DNA of 43,002 bases, taken from the IMG/VR virus record IMGVR_UViG_3300005764_000034, positions 1 through 43,002 of that record; one strand, 5' to 3'. Below, piece by piece: positions 15,238 to 24,934 of this stretch. Numbering within the stretch: the first letter of the stretch is position 1; each line of letters starts with the position of its first letter. The stretch is from a virus. Its lineage: Duplodnaviria > Caudoviricetes. The notes beneath the pieces are model-generated. The model saw only the letters and a program-made list of their open reading frames with translations, ran no database searches and was not told the DNA's origin. The translations under genes and the position numbers were made by a program.

Positions 15238-16512
15238 ATGAGCGGGCATCAGGACAAGGCGCCGGCCAGGCGCGCGGCACGCAAGGCGGTGACGGTGGCA
15301 ACGATCCCGCAGGCGGTCGCCAGGGCGAACGGCGACGGCGACCACGCGCCGTCGCTCGACGACCGCATCACCGAATGGGCGGCCAACTCGGCGATCGACG
15401 CCGACAAGCTCGACAAGCTATGGACGATCTACGAGAAGCAGCTCGCCACGCGCGCGCGGATCGAGCACGCCGAGGCGATGGCGGCGGCGCAGGCCGACTT
15501 CCCGATCGTCGGCCGCGACGCGCACAACCCGCACACCAACAGCAACTACGCGCGCTTCGAGACGATCTGGGAGACGTGCGCGCCGATCTGGACGAGGCAC
15601 GGCCTGTCCGTGTCGTTCCCCGCCGTGACCACGCCGGAAGGGAAGATCAGGATGACCGCGCGCATCCGCCACCGCTCCGGCCACATCGAGGAGATCGGCT
15701 GGCCAGACGCCGACAGCGACACGACCGGCGCGCGCGGCGCGGTCAACAAGACCTTCGTGCAGGGTAACCAGTCGGCGGTCAGCTACATGAAGCGCGGCCT
15801 CCTCTGCTCGGCGATGGGCATCGCCACGGCGAATGAGGACGACGACGGCCACGCCGCCAAGCGCCCGGCGACGGGCGGCGAACGTCGCGAACCTCCGGCC
15901 GAGGACATCGACGGCTACCGCCCGATCCATTCGCGCGACACCTGGATCGGCACCGTAGAGCGCGCGCTGGCGAAGAACGCGGGCGACGGCGGCAAGTGGA
16001 TGCGGCTGTTCAAGGACGCCTGCGAAAGGTGCGGCACGCTCGGCGACGCCGTCGCGCTGCGTTGCCTGTCCGGCGTGGCGACCGCGCTCACCACCGCGCC
16101 CGGCGAGATCAGGCGGGTGCTGGAGGCCGAACTAGGCAACATGGACCGCCGCCTCGCTCGCGGGACCGTTGGCGAACATCCGTCGGACGAACCGGGACCG
16201 ACTCGGGACGACGGCACGGCTTCCGGCTTTCGCCACGAGGCGGTCGTACCGCCGCAGAACGCCGGCAGACCGTCGTGGTCGACCTGGGCGCGCCTGGTGC
16301 GCGACGAGCTGCTCGACTGCCCGCCCGACATGCTCGAAGGCTGGCTCGACGCCAACCGCGCGAACATCGAGGCGTGCCCCGAGGACGGGCCGCTGAGCGA
16401 GGTCCTGCTGGCGTTGTCGGACGGCCTCGCCGCCGCCGAGCTGCCGGCGCCGTTCTGGCTGCGCGCGGTGTCCGAGGCGATGCAGGTGCGCCAGCAGCGC
16501 AGGATGTCGTGA
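15238..16512 (+). CDS. erf: ERF-family single-strand annealing protein
   Basis: NPHTNSNYA, HRSGH, SYMKRGLL...GIA...EDDDG. Confidence 0.8.
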   Translation: MSGHQDKAPARRAARKAVTVATIPQAVARANGDGDHAPSLDDRITEWAANSAIDADKLDKLWTIYEKQLATRARIEHAEAMAAAQADFPIVGRDAHNPHTNSNYARFETIWETCAPIWTRHGLSVSFPAVTTPEGKIRMTARIRHRSGHIEEIGWPDADSDTTGARGAVNKTFVQGNQSAVSYMKRGLLCSAMGIATANEDDDGHAAKRPATGGERREPPAEDIDGYRPIHSRDTWIGTVERALAKNAGDGGKWMRLFKDACERCGTLGDAVALRCLSGVATALTTAPGEIRRVLEAELGNMDRRLARGTVGEHPSDEPGPTRDDGTASGFRHEAVVPPQNAGRPSWSTWARLVRDELLDCPPDMLEGWLDANRANIEACPEDGPLSEVLLALSDGLAAAELPAPFWLRAVSEAMQVRQQRRMS

Positions 16513-16820
16513 CGGCGATGCGTCCGCTGTCGCAGATCATCGCGATCATCGACGGAACCGAACTGGCGCCCGGCGACCTGCGCGTGCTGGCCGTCCTCGT
16601 CGAGGCGGGACGCCCGCTCGGGTCGGCCGACATGGCGGCGAACGCCAGGCTGACCGCGCAGAACGTGTCGCGCGCGGTCAAGCGACTCCATGCCGGCGGC
16701 CTCGTCGAGCACGCGGTCCCCGACAACGAAGCCGACTGGCGGATCAATCTCTACGTGCCGACCACGCACGGGCGCGGACTCTACCGGCGCCTGATGAGGG
16801 GAATGGGGGAAGCGGCATGA
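16509..16820 (+). CDS. MarR-like winged-HTH regulator
   Basis: LTAQNVSRAVKRLHAGGLV...DWR...TTHG. Confidence 0.75.
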   Translation: MTAMRPLSQIIAIIDGTELAPGDLRVLAVLVEAGRPLGSADMAANARLTAQNVSRAVKRLHAGGLVEHAVPDNEADWRINLYVPTTHGRGLYRRLMRGMGEAA

Positions 16821-17266
16821 ACGGCAACAACGACCAATGGAACGAGGCGCAGGCGCTCAGGCTGGCGGCGCTGTGGACGCAGAAGAACGCCGACGGCAGG
16901 TTCGCGCACTCGGCCGCCGGCATCGGCTTCGCGCTCGGCGTGTCGAAGAACGCGGTGGTCGGCAAGGCGCACCGCCTCGGGCTTGAGCCGCGCCCGACGC
17001 CGATCCGCGCGCAGCGCGCCCAGAAGGCGCCGAGGCCGACGCGCGCGCCGAGGTTCACCATCATCGAGGGAGGCTCCGTGGAACGCGAGAAGGGGAACGT
17101 CGTCGAGCTGCTGCGCGGCAACTGCAGGTGGCCGCTGGGCGATCCCGGAGCGAAGGGCTTCCGCTACTGCGAGGCGCCGGCGATCCTCGGCAAGCCGTAC
17201 TGCTCGGCGCACTGCCGGCTGGCGTACGCGAGGCACGTGCCCGACGACCCGCCGGAGGCGGCATGA
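16817..17266 (+). CDS. gcrA: GcrA cell-cycle regulator homologue
   Basis: GVSKNAVVGKAHRLGL; CRWPLGDP...FRYC...PYCSAHCRLAY. Confidence 0.92.
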   Translation: MNGNNDQWNEAQALRLAALWTQKNADGRFAHSAAGIGFALGVSKNAVVGKAHRLGLEPRPTPIRAQRAQKAPRPTRAPRFTIIEGGSVEREKGNVVELLRGNCRWPLGDPGAKGFRYCEAPAILGKPYCSAHCRLAYARHVPDDPPEAA

Positions 17267-17269
17267 GGG

Positions 17270-17947
17270 GTGTCGCGCGTGGCGGTCGAGGACGACAGGC
17301 TTGGCTTCGAGATCACGTCGGTCGCGGTCGACAACCGCCACCGCAAGGTCGCGCGGTTCGCCTGCATCGAGTGCGCCGAGACGATCGACGTGACCATCGC
17401 GCCCGGCGGGAAGATGGTCCCCGAGCTGCTCGCGCAGTCGGCGAGGAACCACGGCTGGGACGTCGACGCGTACAGGAAGAACCGCATCCGCTGCCCGGCG
17501 CACACGTCGAAGCGCAGGGCGACGGACACCGACACCGAACTCAGGAGGCACGAGGCGAGGATGGCGAACCTTAAGCCCGACGTGGTCCCGCTGCGCGAGC
17601 CGACCACCGACCAGCGGGTGATGATCCGACGCCTGCTGGAGAAGCACTTCGACGAGGGCCTCGGCTACTACGTCGAAGATTGGTCGGACGACCGGGTCGC
17701 CGAGGAGGCGAGCGTGCCGCGCGCCGTGGTCGAGCGGTCGCGCGAGGCGTCGTACGGGCCGATCCGGGTGTCGGCCGAGACGTTGGCGTTCAAGAAGCAG
17801 ATCGCCGCGTTGCGCGCCAAGGTCAACGATCAGGTGACGGCGGTCGAGCAACTCGCCGACGCGGTCAAGGGCGACGCCGCGGCGATCCGCCGCCAGCTCG
17901 ACGAGCTGGACAAGAGGATCGGCGGCACGATCAAGGGGGCGGCGTGA
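17270..17947 (+). CDS. hypothetical protein (Zn site plus coiled coil)
   Basis: CIEC...CPAH; WSDDRVA; C-terminal heptads. Confidence 0.65.
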   Translation: MSRVAVEDDRLGFEITSVAVDNRHRKVARFACIECAETIDVTIAPGGKMVPELLAQSARNHGWDVDAYRKNRIRCPAHTSKRRATDTDTELRRHEARMANLKPDVVPLREPTTDQRVMIRRLLEKHFDEGLGYYVEDWSDDRVAEEASVPRAVVERSREASYGPIRVSAETLAFKKQIAALRAKVNDQVTAVEQLADAVKGDAAAIRRQLDELDKRIGGTIKGAA

Positions 17948-18171
17948 TGCCGACGGACGAGGACATGCGCGTCGCCGAGGCGCTGTTCGACGACATCGGC
18001 AACGCGATCTTCGCCGGCGGCAGGCGGCCGACGGTGCACGCCGTCCTGGCCGCGCTGCTCGCCTCGTTGGAGACCGTCATCGTCACCGCGCCCGACCCCG
18101 ACGAGATGCGGCAGGTGGTCCTCGAGCGCCTGTTGGAGAAGACGCAGGGCGCGGGGAAGCCGAAGCATTGA
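17947..18171 (+). CDS. hypothetical protein
   Basis: TGATG coupling. Confidence 0.55.
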   Translation: MPTDEDMRVAEALFDDIGNAIFAGGRRPTVHAVLAALLASLETVIVTAPDPDEMRQVVLERLLEKTQGAGKPKH

Positions 18172-18242
18172 GCGCGGCCGAGGGCATGTCGGCTCCTGTC
18201 GATTGCGGAAGGGGCCGCCGTCATAGCACGGGAGGAACGGAC

Positions 18243-18386
18243 ATGAGGGGCATAGTGCTCGGCGTGCTGTTCGTCGCGGCCGGATGGGGCATCGGCTGGC
18301 TGGCGAACGAGGGGCACGCGGTCATGGCGCTGTTCACTGTGCTCGCCGCCCTGCTCGCGGCGGTTCTCGTCGCGGTGCTGCCGTGA
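18243..18386 (+). CDS. small two-TM membrane protein
   Basis: GGAGG RBS; two hydrophobic segments. Confidence 0.55.
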   Translation: MRGIVLGVLFVAAGWGIGWLANEGHAVMALFTVLAALLAAVLVAVLP

Positions 18387-18721
18387 CCGACGAGCCGGTC
18401 GACCTGCGCAGGCTGGCCGACGAGGCGGCGCGCGAGGTCTATGATCCGCGCGCCAAGCGGTGCTTCGTGTTCCGGCACGAGTGGACGATGTGGAAGGCCG
18501 ATCCGACCGGTCGGCGGCAGACGCGGCGCTGCCTGCGTTGCGGCAAGGCCGCGATGCTCGTCATGGCGAAGGAATGCGCGCACCTCTGGGATACGCACCA
18601 GAAGTACGAGGTGTTTGATGAAATGGAGAGCGAGAAGCGCCCGATCGGCGTGTCCTACATGCAGCACTGCACCAGGTGCGGCGAGGTGCGGCGGAAGAAC
18701 CTGCTCTCGACCTACACATGA
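18383..18721 (+). CDS. double Zn-ribbon protein
   Basis: C...HEW...CLRCG and C.H.W...CTRCG. Confidence 0.6.
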   Translation: MTDEPVDLRRLADEAAREVYDPRAKRCFVFRHEWTMWKADPTGRRQTRRCLRCGKAAMLVMAKECAHLWDTHQKYEVFDEMESEKRPIGVSYMQHCTRCGEVRRKNLLSTYT

Positions 18722-18972
18722 CGCTCGGCGAGCGGTATTGCGATGCGATCCTGGTGCGTGTCGTGTGCGACGGCCCGCGCCCGTTCGTCGCCGGCCTGCT
18801 GGTCGATCGTGCGACGCGCCGCTGCGTGTTCGCCGCGCCGGTCCTGCGGCACTACGTCGGGGCGCGCGAGGACAAGCTGCGCGCCTCGTTCGCGCGCCTC
18901 GGGTTCAGGGCGACGATCGTCCCGCGCTCTCCAGCAGCCGGCGGACCTCGTCGCACGGCTCGCGGGTGCTGA
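18718..18972 (+). CDS. hypothetical protein
   Basis: ATGA coupling; FVAGL...AAPVL motif; overlaps a convergent gene. Confidence 0.45.
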   Translation: MTLGERYCDAILVRVVCDGPRPFVAGLLVDRATRRCVFAAPVLRHYVGAREDKLRASFARLGFRATIVPRSPAAGGPRRTARGC

Positions 18973-19153
18973 TGAAGTTGCCGCTGACCATGAAGATCAC
19001 GCAGCGCGCGTCCTTCGCCAGGTAGTGCCGGTTCTCGCGCATCGGCTCGCGGATCGAGGTGATCTCGCGCGGGTTGACGAAGATCGTCTGCCCCGACGGC
19101 GCATGGACCTCGAACAGCAGGTAGCCGCCGGCGAGCAGCGCGGCGCGTATCAC
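18905..19153 (-). CDS. hypothetical protein (FlbD-like pattern)
   Basis: IFVNPREITSIRE...TREPCDEV; last gene of the late operon. Confidence 0.5.
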   Translation of the reverse strand: MIRAALLAGGYLLFEVHAPSGQTIFVNPREITSIREPMRENRHYLAKDARCVIFMVSGNFISTREPCDEVRRLLESAGRSSP

Positions 19154-19344
19154 GGCGCGTCAGGCAACTCCGGGCGCGCCCCGCCATTCACCGGACCTTG
19201 TGCCTGCGGCGCTATCCCCAGCCCTTGTGCGAGCTGGCTCTGGATCGTCAGCACCAGCGGTGCCACCTCGTTGAACGGCGCGCGCGCGAGCACGTTGATC
19301 GCGAGCTGCCACTGCGCCTGATCGAGCGTGACCGATACCTGCAT
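19150..19344 (-). CDS. hypothetical protein
   Basis: coupled ORF; LARAPFNEVAPLV. Confidence 0.6.
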   Translation of the reverse strand: MQVSVTLDQAQWQLAINVLARAPFNEVAPLVLTIQSQLAQGLGIAPQAQGPVNGGARPELPDAP

Positions 19345-19345
19345 G

Positions 19346-20041
19346 TCAGACTCCGGGGATGCCGCGCGCTGCGAGCGCGTCCTTGACGTGTGCGTAGGTC
19401 TGCTGGATCGCGGCCAGCGTCATCACGCTTGTGGCCAACGCCATCCATGCGAGATCTGAGCCGCGATCGTTGGCGGTTGCGGGATATGGGCCGCCGATAC
19501 CGACCTGGGTGGGACTTCCCGGGGTGAGTGTCCCCGTTGCCACAGTGATCTGCGTGCCGAGCGAGAGGTCATAGAAGATGACCGAGCCGCCCGGAGTGCA
19601 GGTCATCGCATAGAAGTGAAATGGCGTGCCGTTGATGACGAGGTTCTGCGGCGAGGCGAAGCCAGTGCCTTGGAACACCAGGGCGGTCGATCCCATGCTG
19701 ACGAGCGCGCCGAACCCTGTTGTCGGAGCCTTGAGCTGCGCGAAGGCGCCGCCCGTTCCGCCGCCGGTGTAGCGGCACACACACATCCAGGTCTCCGACG
19801 TGGCCTGCGTGATGGTGGGCAGCAGCAGATCGCCCGCGCTGCCCTTGCATGAGACGTAGTTCGGCGCCCAGGCGACGGAGCCAGCGCCCGGCAGTAGCGC
19901 ACCGGCTGAGCCAGCGTTCGGCGAATGGGCGAGGTCGGTGCCGAAGTAGGTCCACATCTGCAGACCAGAAATCGCCGGCAGCGGCTTGAGGATCGGATTG
20001 GTGAACGATGCGGGGGCGGTGAGGGTGATGGCAGTCGGCAT
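19346..20041 (-). CDS. putative lectin-like (LamG/ConA) virion protein
   Basis: beta-rich Thr/Gly composition, FHFYAMT; follows the spike gene. Confidence 0.55.
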   Translation of the reverse strand: MPTAITLTAPASFTNPILKPLPAISGLQMWTYFGTDLAHSPNAGSAGALLPGAGSVAWAPNYVSCKGSAGDLLLPTITQATSETWMCVCRYTGGGTGGAFAQLKAPTTGFGALVSMGSTALVFQGTGFASPQNLVINGTPFHFYAMTCTPGGSVIFYDLSLGTQITVATGTLTPGSPTQVGIGGPYPATANDRGSDLAWMALATSVMTLAAIQQTYAHVKDALAARGIPGV

Positions 20042-20042
20042 G

Positions 20043-23000
20043 TCATGCGCTCCAATCGCAGGATTCGATGGCGGCCTGGATTGCCCAATATCCTTTCAAC
20101 GCCGAATCATGGCCGACACCGCCTCCGCTCCACCCGGTGTCCGGCACGGCGCCGGTGCCCCAGCACTCCGGCTCCGTCATGCTGGGCATGAAGAACATCC
20201 GCTGGTCCGGATTTGCCGACGCCGCTTGCGCCCATCCGTCGTCGCCGCTGTGCTCGAAGTACAGCTTACCGGCTGGCACCGATCCGGCGCTGCATGTGAT
20301 CCTCGGCTGCCACGGCTGGTTGTACCTCGGCACGTTGATGATCGCCGAGAACGTCCACTGGTCGAGGTTCGTGCCGCCGACCGGATAGGATTGCAGCACC
20401 AGCCGCGAGCCGGAACACGCGACGGTGAAGGCCATGTTCCCGTCGGTCGTGTTGATCCAGCCGGTGGCATTGGTCTTCGGCACATGGATGCTATCTACCC
20501 CGGCGCCCATCGAGACCAGCGAGGTATCGACCTCGTAGTAGAGCTGTCCGGTCGCCGGATCGCGACCGAAGCGCAACTGGCAGCCGCCGTTCGGGTTCAG
20601 GCCCGATCCGTACTGCCAGCCGCCAAGCTCGAATTGCAGCTCGTTGCCCATCGCGGCCCAGCCGCCGCCGATGATGTAGTAGGTGCCCTGGTACCCATAG
20701 CAGCGCGTCGGCCATGTGAACGGCAGCGCGATGTTGCCGCGCAGGCCATTTGTCATTCCGGTCACGTTGTAGTCCCGCTTCAGCGGGATGTCGTCCACGT
20801 CGAAGCCCTTGGCGTGGATCGTGATGGCGCGCCCTGTATCTACAAGCCCAAGCCCTTTGCTGATCGCCCACGTTCGTTCCATGCAAGCGGCTGCCTGCTG
20901 CGCCTCCCACACAAGCGCCGTGTTCACTTGCCCGGAATGCTGCTGGGCGTAGGGATTGCTGGTGGCGAGAATGACCTCTGGTGGATTGCTCCACGCGGCC
21001 ATCTTGTTGAGCACGCTGATCATCGTCGCGATGCGGAATGCGGCGCCGTCATTTGCGCTGAAACCGACCACCACGATGTCGGGATTGAGGTCCTGGATGT
21101 AGAGCAGCCACGCCCGCGCATCGTCGTAGTACCAGTGCGGGTTGTTCGGCGCCGCGCCAGACACGGTATCGAGGTTGGTCCATGTCTGGCCGCCGATCGC
21201 GCGGTTGATCCAGGTGACCGCTTTACCCGGATTGGCCTGCTTCATCGCCAGTTGCGCGCGCGCCCAGAACAGCGGCAGCACGGTCGCCGATGTCGTGGTC
21301 GTGTAGGTCGACTCGCCTGTCACCACCACCGTCACCGGCGTGCCAGCCCTGATCTTTGCTGCGGCCTTCGGGCAATGCACCCTGAGCGTCATGGTGTTCG
21401 TGATTCGACATGGCGCGCTCGGTGCGAATGGCGGGATCACGAACATCTGGACGTTGGCGTTGAGCAGTTGTCCGACACCGATGAGCAGGATTTGCGAGAT
21501 CGGATGGTCGAGGTGCGGGGTGTTGAATGTATCGTTGATCGCGATGCAACGTTCGCCCGCCGCAATCGCTGCGTTGGCGCACGCCATGACGGCAGTGCTG
21601 TCATCAGCCACGCCATCGCCCACCGCGCCATAATCTCTTTTGGGGTCGCGCAGCGGAGGATACGGAAAGTCCCTCTGCGATTGCAGGCCGGCGAGACCGC
21701 CGCCGCCGCCGGACGCTGCCGATGAGTCGACGTATGCCTTGTTGGCCGCCTGCGTCGGATCGGTCGGCGATCCCAGCGGCAGATAGAGCGCGCCGACCAT
21801 CGTGCCGCCGGTCGAGTTGATGTAGGCGCCGTCCGCATAGCTCTTACGCAGCGCATCGTTCGGCCCGCTTGCGTCGAAGCCGAGCGTCAATTTCGTCGCG
21901 ACGTTCGCCAACCCCATCATCATCGTACCGTCGGTAGCGAGCGCGGCGCCGATCGCGGCGTTGCCGTCGAGCCATGCGTAGGAGATGTTCTGGATGCGCG
22001 GATCAAGCTCGCCCATCGTCTGGCTCGGCATGACGATGCTCGCCACGTTGAGCGCACCCGAGAACGTCAGGTTGCTGATATTGGCGCTTGCCGCGATGAG
22101 TTGGTTGGTGGTCAACGAGGCGAAGGTGCCAAAGCCCCATTGCAGCGAGCCGTCGTTGGCGATGGCGCCGCCGAGGTTCCCGGCCGGATCGAACCAGCCA
22201 TACGAGTAGCCGACGATGCGCGGATCGAACGCGGCCCACAGATCGCCCGAGACGGAGACCGAGCCGAGCGCGAACGAGCCGGTCGGCGGCATGGTGAGCG
22301 CATTGGCCGCGATGGTCGGCGCGGTGATGGTGCCGCTCGCGGTGAGTGCCGCGACATTGGTGGTGCCGCTGAAGGTCGGGCTTGCGGCGGTCAGCGCCGA
22401 CAGCACGGCGGTGCCGGCGAGGATGGTCGCCTGCTTCGCGGTAAACGTGCCCCAGGAGAGCGAGCCATCGTTGTAGATCGCGCCCGCGATGTTGCTCGCC
22501 GCATCCTGCCAATAGTAGCTGACGCCCGGTATCCGCGCGTCCACGACTCCGAACGCATCGCCGCCCGCGAGCGTCAATACGCCGGACAAAGCGCCCCCGG
22601 TCAGCAACAGGTAGGGCGTGGTGGTGACGATCACGCGCTCCCACGTCGCGCCGTTGCTGATCATCCAATCGCCGGCGTTCGCCGTGGTGGTCCCGTCGAT
22701 CGAGGCGAAGGTGCCGGCGGTCGTGGTGACGTAGAACCTGCCCTTCGCTGCCTGCGCGCCGGAGACGAGGCCGCCGCTCGCCATCGGCGGCTGATTGGTC
22801 GCGGCGTTCCATCCGCCGACGTAGAACAATGTGCCGGTCGCGGCGGCGGGCAGTTGCGAGGAAACCACTTTCGCGTTCACGTCGAGCGATGCGACGCCAT
22901 TCGCCGCGCCCATCGAGGTCAGCGGCACATAGGCGCCGACCGTCGCCGATACCTGCGTTCCGGTCTGGAAGTTGTTGGGGTTCGCCCCGCCGTCGTACGG

Positions 23001-23351
23001 CGCATAGCCGAGCGCGCCGGAGACGTCGGCCGCGAGCAATGCGATGTCGCCCTTGCGGGTGTTGAAGCTGCTGACCCCGGAACCGGGCACCGACAGCACG
23101 CCGTTGGGGTCTATGTGCGTGGTGATGCCGTCGATCTTCACGCCGCCGAGCACGTCGGACGACGCCATCGGCAGCCGGTACGCGCTGTTGGTGAACGGCA
23201 CCCATGCCGCGCCGTCCCAGAACCACACCGTGCCGTCGTCGGTGGTCTCGAACAGCGCCAGCGCGTCGCCCGCGACGTTCGGCTTCGCCGGCCGGATCGC
23301 CGTCGGTCCGCGCCCGAGGTAGTCGATGATGGCGTTCGAGGTCGAGGTCAT
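20043..23351 (-). CDS. tail fibre/spike with C-terminal SGNH-type esterase domain
   Basis: LGGVK and VSSFNTRKG fibre motifs; DYGAVGDGVADD; TGES..NRAIGG..PDIVVVGFSAND..GH. Confidence 0.75.
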   Translation of the reverse strand: MTSTSNAIIDYLGRGPTAIRPAKPNVAGDALALFETTDDGTVWFWDGAAWVPFTNSAYRLPMASSDVLGGVKIDGITTHIDPNGVLSVPGSGVSSFNTRKGDIALLAADVSGALGYAPYDGGANPNNFQTGTQVSATVGAYVPLTSMGAANGVASLDVNAKVVSSQLPAAATGTLFYVGGWNAATNQPPMASGGLVSGAQAAKGRFYVTTTAGTFASIDGTTTANAGDWMISNGATWERVIVTTTPYLLLTGGALSGVLTLAGGDAFGVVDARIPGVSYYWQDAASNIAGAIYNDGSLSWGTFTAKQATILAGTAVLSALTAASPTFSGTTNVAALTASGTITAPTIAANALTMPPTGSFALGSVSVSGDLWAAFDPRIVGYSYGWFDPAGNLGGAIANDGSLQWGFGTFASLTTNQLIAASANISNLTFSGALNVASIVMPSQTMGELDPRIQNISYAWLDGNAAIGAALATDGTMMMGLANVATKLTLGFDASGPNDALRKSYADGAYINSTGGTMVGALYLPLGSPTDPTQAANKAYVDSSAASGGGGGLAGLQSQRDFPYPPLRDPKRDYGAVGDGVADDSTAVMACANAAIAAGERCIAINDTFNTPHLDHPISQILLIGVGQLLNANVQMFVIPPFAPSAPCRITNTMTLRVHCPKAAAKIRAGTPVTVVVTGESTYTTTTSATVLPLFWARAQLAMKQANPGKAVTWINRAIGGQTWTNLDTVSGAAPNNPHWYYDDARAWLLYIQDLNPDIVVVGFSANDGAAFRIATMISVLNKMAAWSNPPEVILATSNPYAQQHSGQVNTALVWEAQQAAACMERTWAISKGLGLVDTGRAITIHAKGFDVDDIPLKRDYNVTGMTNGLRGNIALPFTWPTRCYGYQGTYYIIGGGWAAMGNELQFELGGWQYGSGLNPNGGCQLRFGRDPATGQLYYEVDTSLVSMGAGVDSIHVPKTNATGWINTTDGNMAFTVACSGSRLVLQSYPVGGTNLDQWTFSAIINVPRYNQPWQPRITCSAGSVPAGKLYFEHSGDDGWAQAASANPDQRMFFMPSMTEPECWGTGAVPDTGWSGGGVGHDSALKGYWAIQAAIESCDWSA

Positions 23352-24934
23352 GGCGCGCCGCCCAGGAATGTCTCGTTGAGCACGATGGTCTGCCCCGCCG
23401 TCGTGACGATCTGCACCTGCCCCCGCAGCGTCCGGTCGGCCATCTCGGTGACGAAGGCCCTGGCCTGCGCGACGGCGGGCACCGACAGCGCGGCCTGCTC
23501 GATCATCGCCTTCAGCACCGGCAGCGGCGGCGCATGGCCCAGCACCTCCTCGAAGTACGGAATGCCCTTGGTGGTGTCATACCACAGCTCGCCGAGGAAC
23601 AGCCGGATCGCCGAGGCCACGTCCTGCTCGACGGCGTACGGCGCCTGCGCCGCGGCGATGTTGCCGTAGGCGTCGACGCAGAGGTCCCACAGGTCGCGGT
23701 CGAGCAGCAGCGTGTCGTAGCCGAACACGGCGACGTCGGGCGGCGGGACGACGACGCGCGGCGGCGGGGCGGCGAACACCGAGGCGCGCAGCGCGCCGCC
23801 GGCGGACACGCCGAGGCCCGACATGCTCGGGCGCGCGGTCGAGAACGTGTAGGGCGTCATCCTGCCGGATGAGCTGCCCAGCCCGACGATGCCGGGGCGC
23901 ACGCGGGCGTTGGCTCTTGCGGTGCCCATTCCGACGCCTCGCCCCGACATCGCCAGTTGCGCGAGCGGCGGATACTGCGACGCGGCGGTGAGGTCCGCGT
24001 CGCTCATCGCATAGGGGAAGTACTGCACGCGCTTGATCCGCGTGGTGCTCATGAAGCCGCCCGACAGCGACATCTGCACCAATCCGGTCGGCAGCGTCTT
24101 GCCGGTGTCGTTGACGCCATACAGCGTGCCCATGACGGCGAAGCGCAGGGCGCCGCCGACCGAGTTGTATCGTCCGACCAAACGCATGATCGAGTTGGCC
24201 GCCAGCGAGTAGACCTGCTCGTTGACCTGCGCGACGCTGCCGGAATAGGCGAGCTGCTGTCCGATGGCGCCGGCCGACGAGCCAAGCTGATAGCGATTTG
24301 CCGTCCCGCCCAGGCCGTCGTCTATCGCGAGAGCCTGGGTCGCCGCCGCATTCAGCCCGGCGAGCGTCGGCCACGATACCTCGACCGAGTATGTCCCTGC
24401 GGCGGCGTTGAACCAGCCGCCGAGCGGGACCGCGCACGTCTCGTTCACGCGGGTCGCCGCGGCGCCTGCGGTCACGATGAACGATGAGGCCGATCCCCAC
24501 TTCTCCACCTGGAAGCGGTTCAGCGTGCCGGTGACGGTGAAGACGAAGGTCCCTGCGGTGGTCACCGTGAAGGTCACCGGATTGCCGTTGGTCGCCGTGC
24601 CGAGGCCGGTCGCTGCGCCGGTTCCTGCGGTCACGGTGCACGAGCCGGTGCCGATGACCCACAGCGTATGGATAGGAGTGGTGCCGACGGTGAGCGAGAC
24701 GGTCTGCGTCGCGGGCGCGGTCGAATTTAGCAGGTAGTTGGTCCGCGCGCCCTCGATGACGATGCCGTTCGACGAGAAGCGAGGCGCGTTGTTGGCATAG
24801 GTGTTGTAGGTGCTTCCGGGTGCGTCGGTCCAGAAACTGTCGGTCGCGGCCGACGCGCGGGTATGCACCCAACCGGCCGGCAACGCGCCGCCGGTGAAGT
24901 CGTAGTCGACCGCGATGCCGTTCGGATACGGCAT
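23348..24934 (-). CDS. lectin-like domain fused to a gp25-like baseplate wedge domain
   Basis: IEGARTNYLLNS; C-terminal WDL...GNIA...QDVASAIRLFLGELWYDTTKGIPYF. Confidence 0.7.
   Translation of the reverse strand: MPYPNGIAVDYDFTGGALPAGWVHTRASAATDSFWTDAPGSTYNTYANNAPRFSSNGIVIEGARTNYLLNSTAPATQTVSLTVGTTPIHTLWVIGTGSCTVTAGTGAATGLGTATNGNPVTFTVTTAGTFVFTVTGTLNRFQVEKWGSASSFIVTAGAAATRVNETCAVPLGGWFNAAAGTYSVEVSWPTLAGLNAAATQALAIDDGLGGTANRYQLGSSAGAIGQQLAYSGSVAQVNEQVYSLAANSIMRLVGRYNSVGGALRFAVMGTLYGVNDTGKTLPTGLVQMSLSGGFMSTTRIKRVQYFPYAMSDADLTAASQYPPLAQLAMSGRGVGMGTARANARVRPGIVGLGSSSGRMTPYTFSTARPSMSGLGVSAGGALRASVFAAPPPRVVVPPPDVAVFGYDTLLLDRDLWDLCVDAYGNIAAAQAPYAVEQDVASAIRLFLGELWYDTTKGIPYFEEVLGHAPPLPVLKAMIEQAALSVPAVAQARAFVTEMADRTLRGQVQIVTTAGQTIVLNETFLGGAP

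Noticed and set aside
18243-19344. Lysis cassette (holin/endolysin) at the end of the late operon
   Set aside because: The two-TM ORF is on the opposite strand in the middle operon and no endolysin motif is present nearby.
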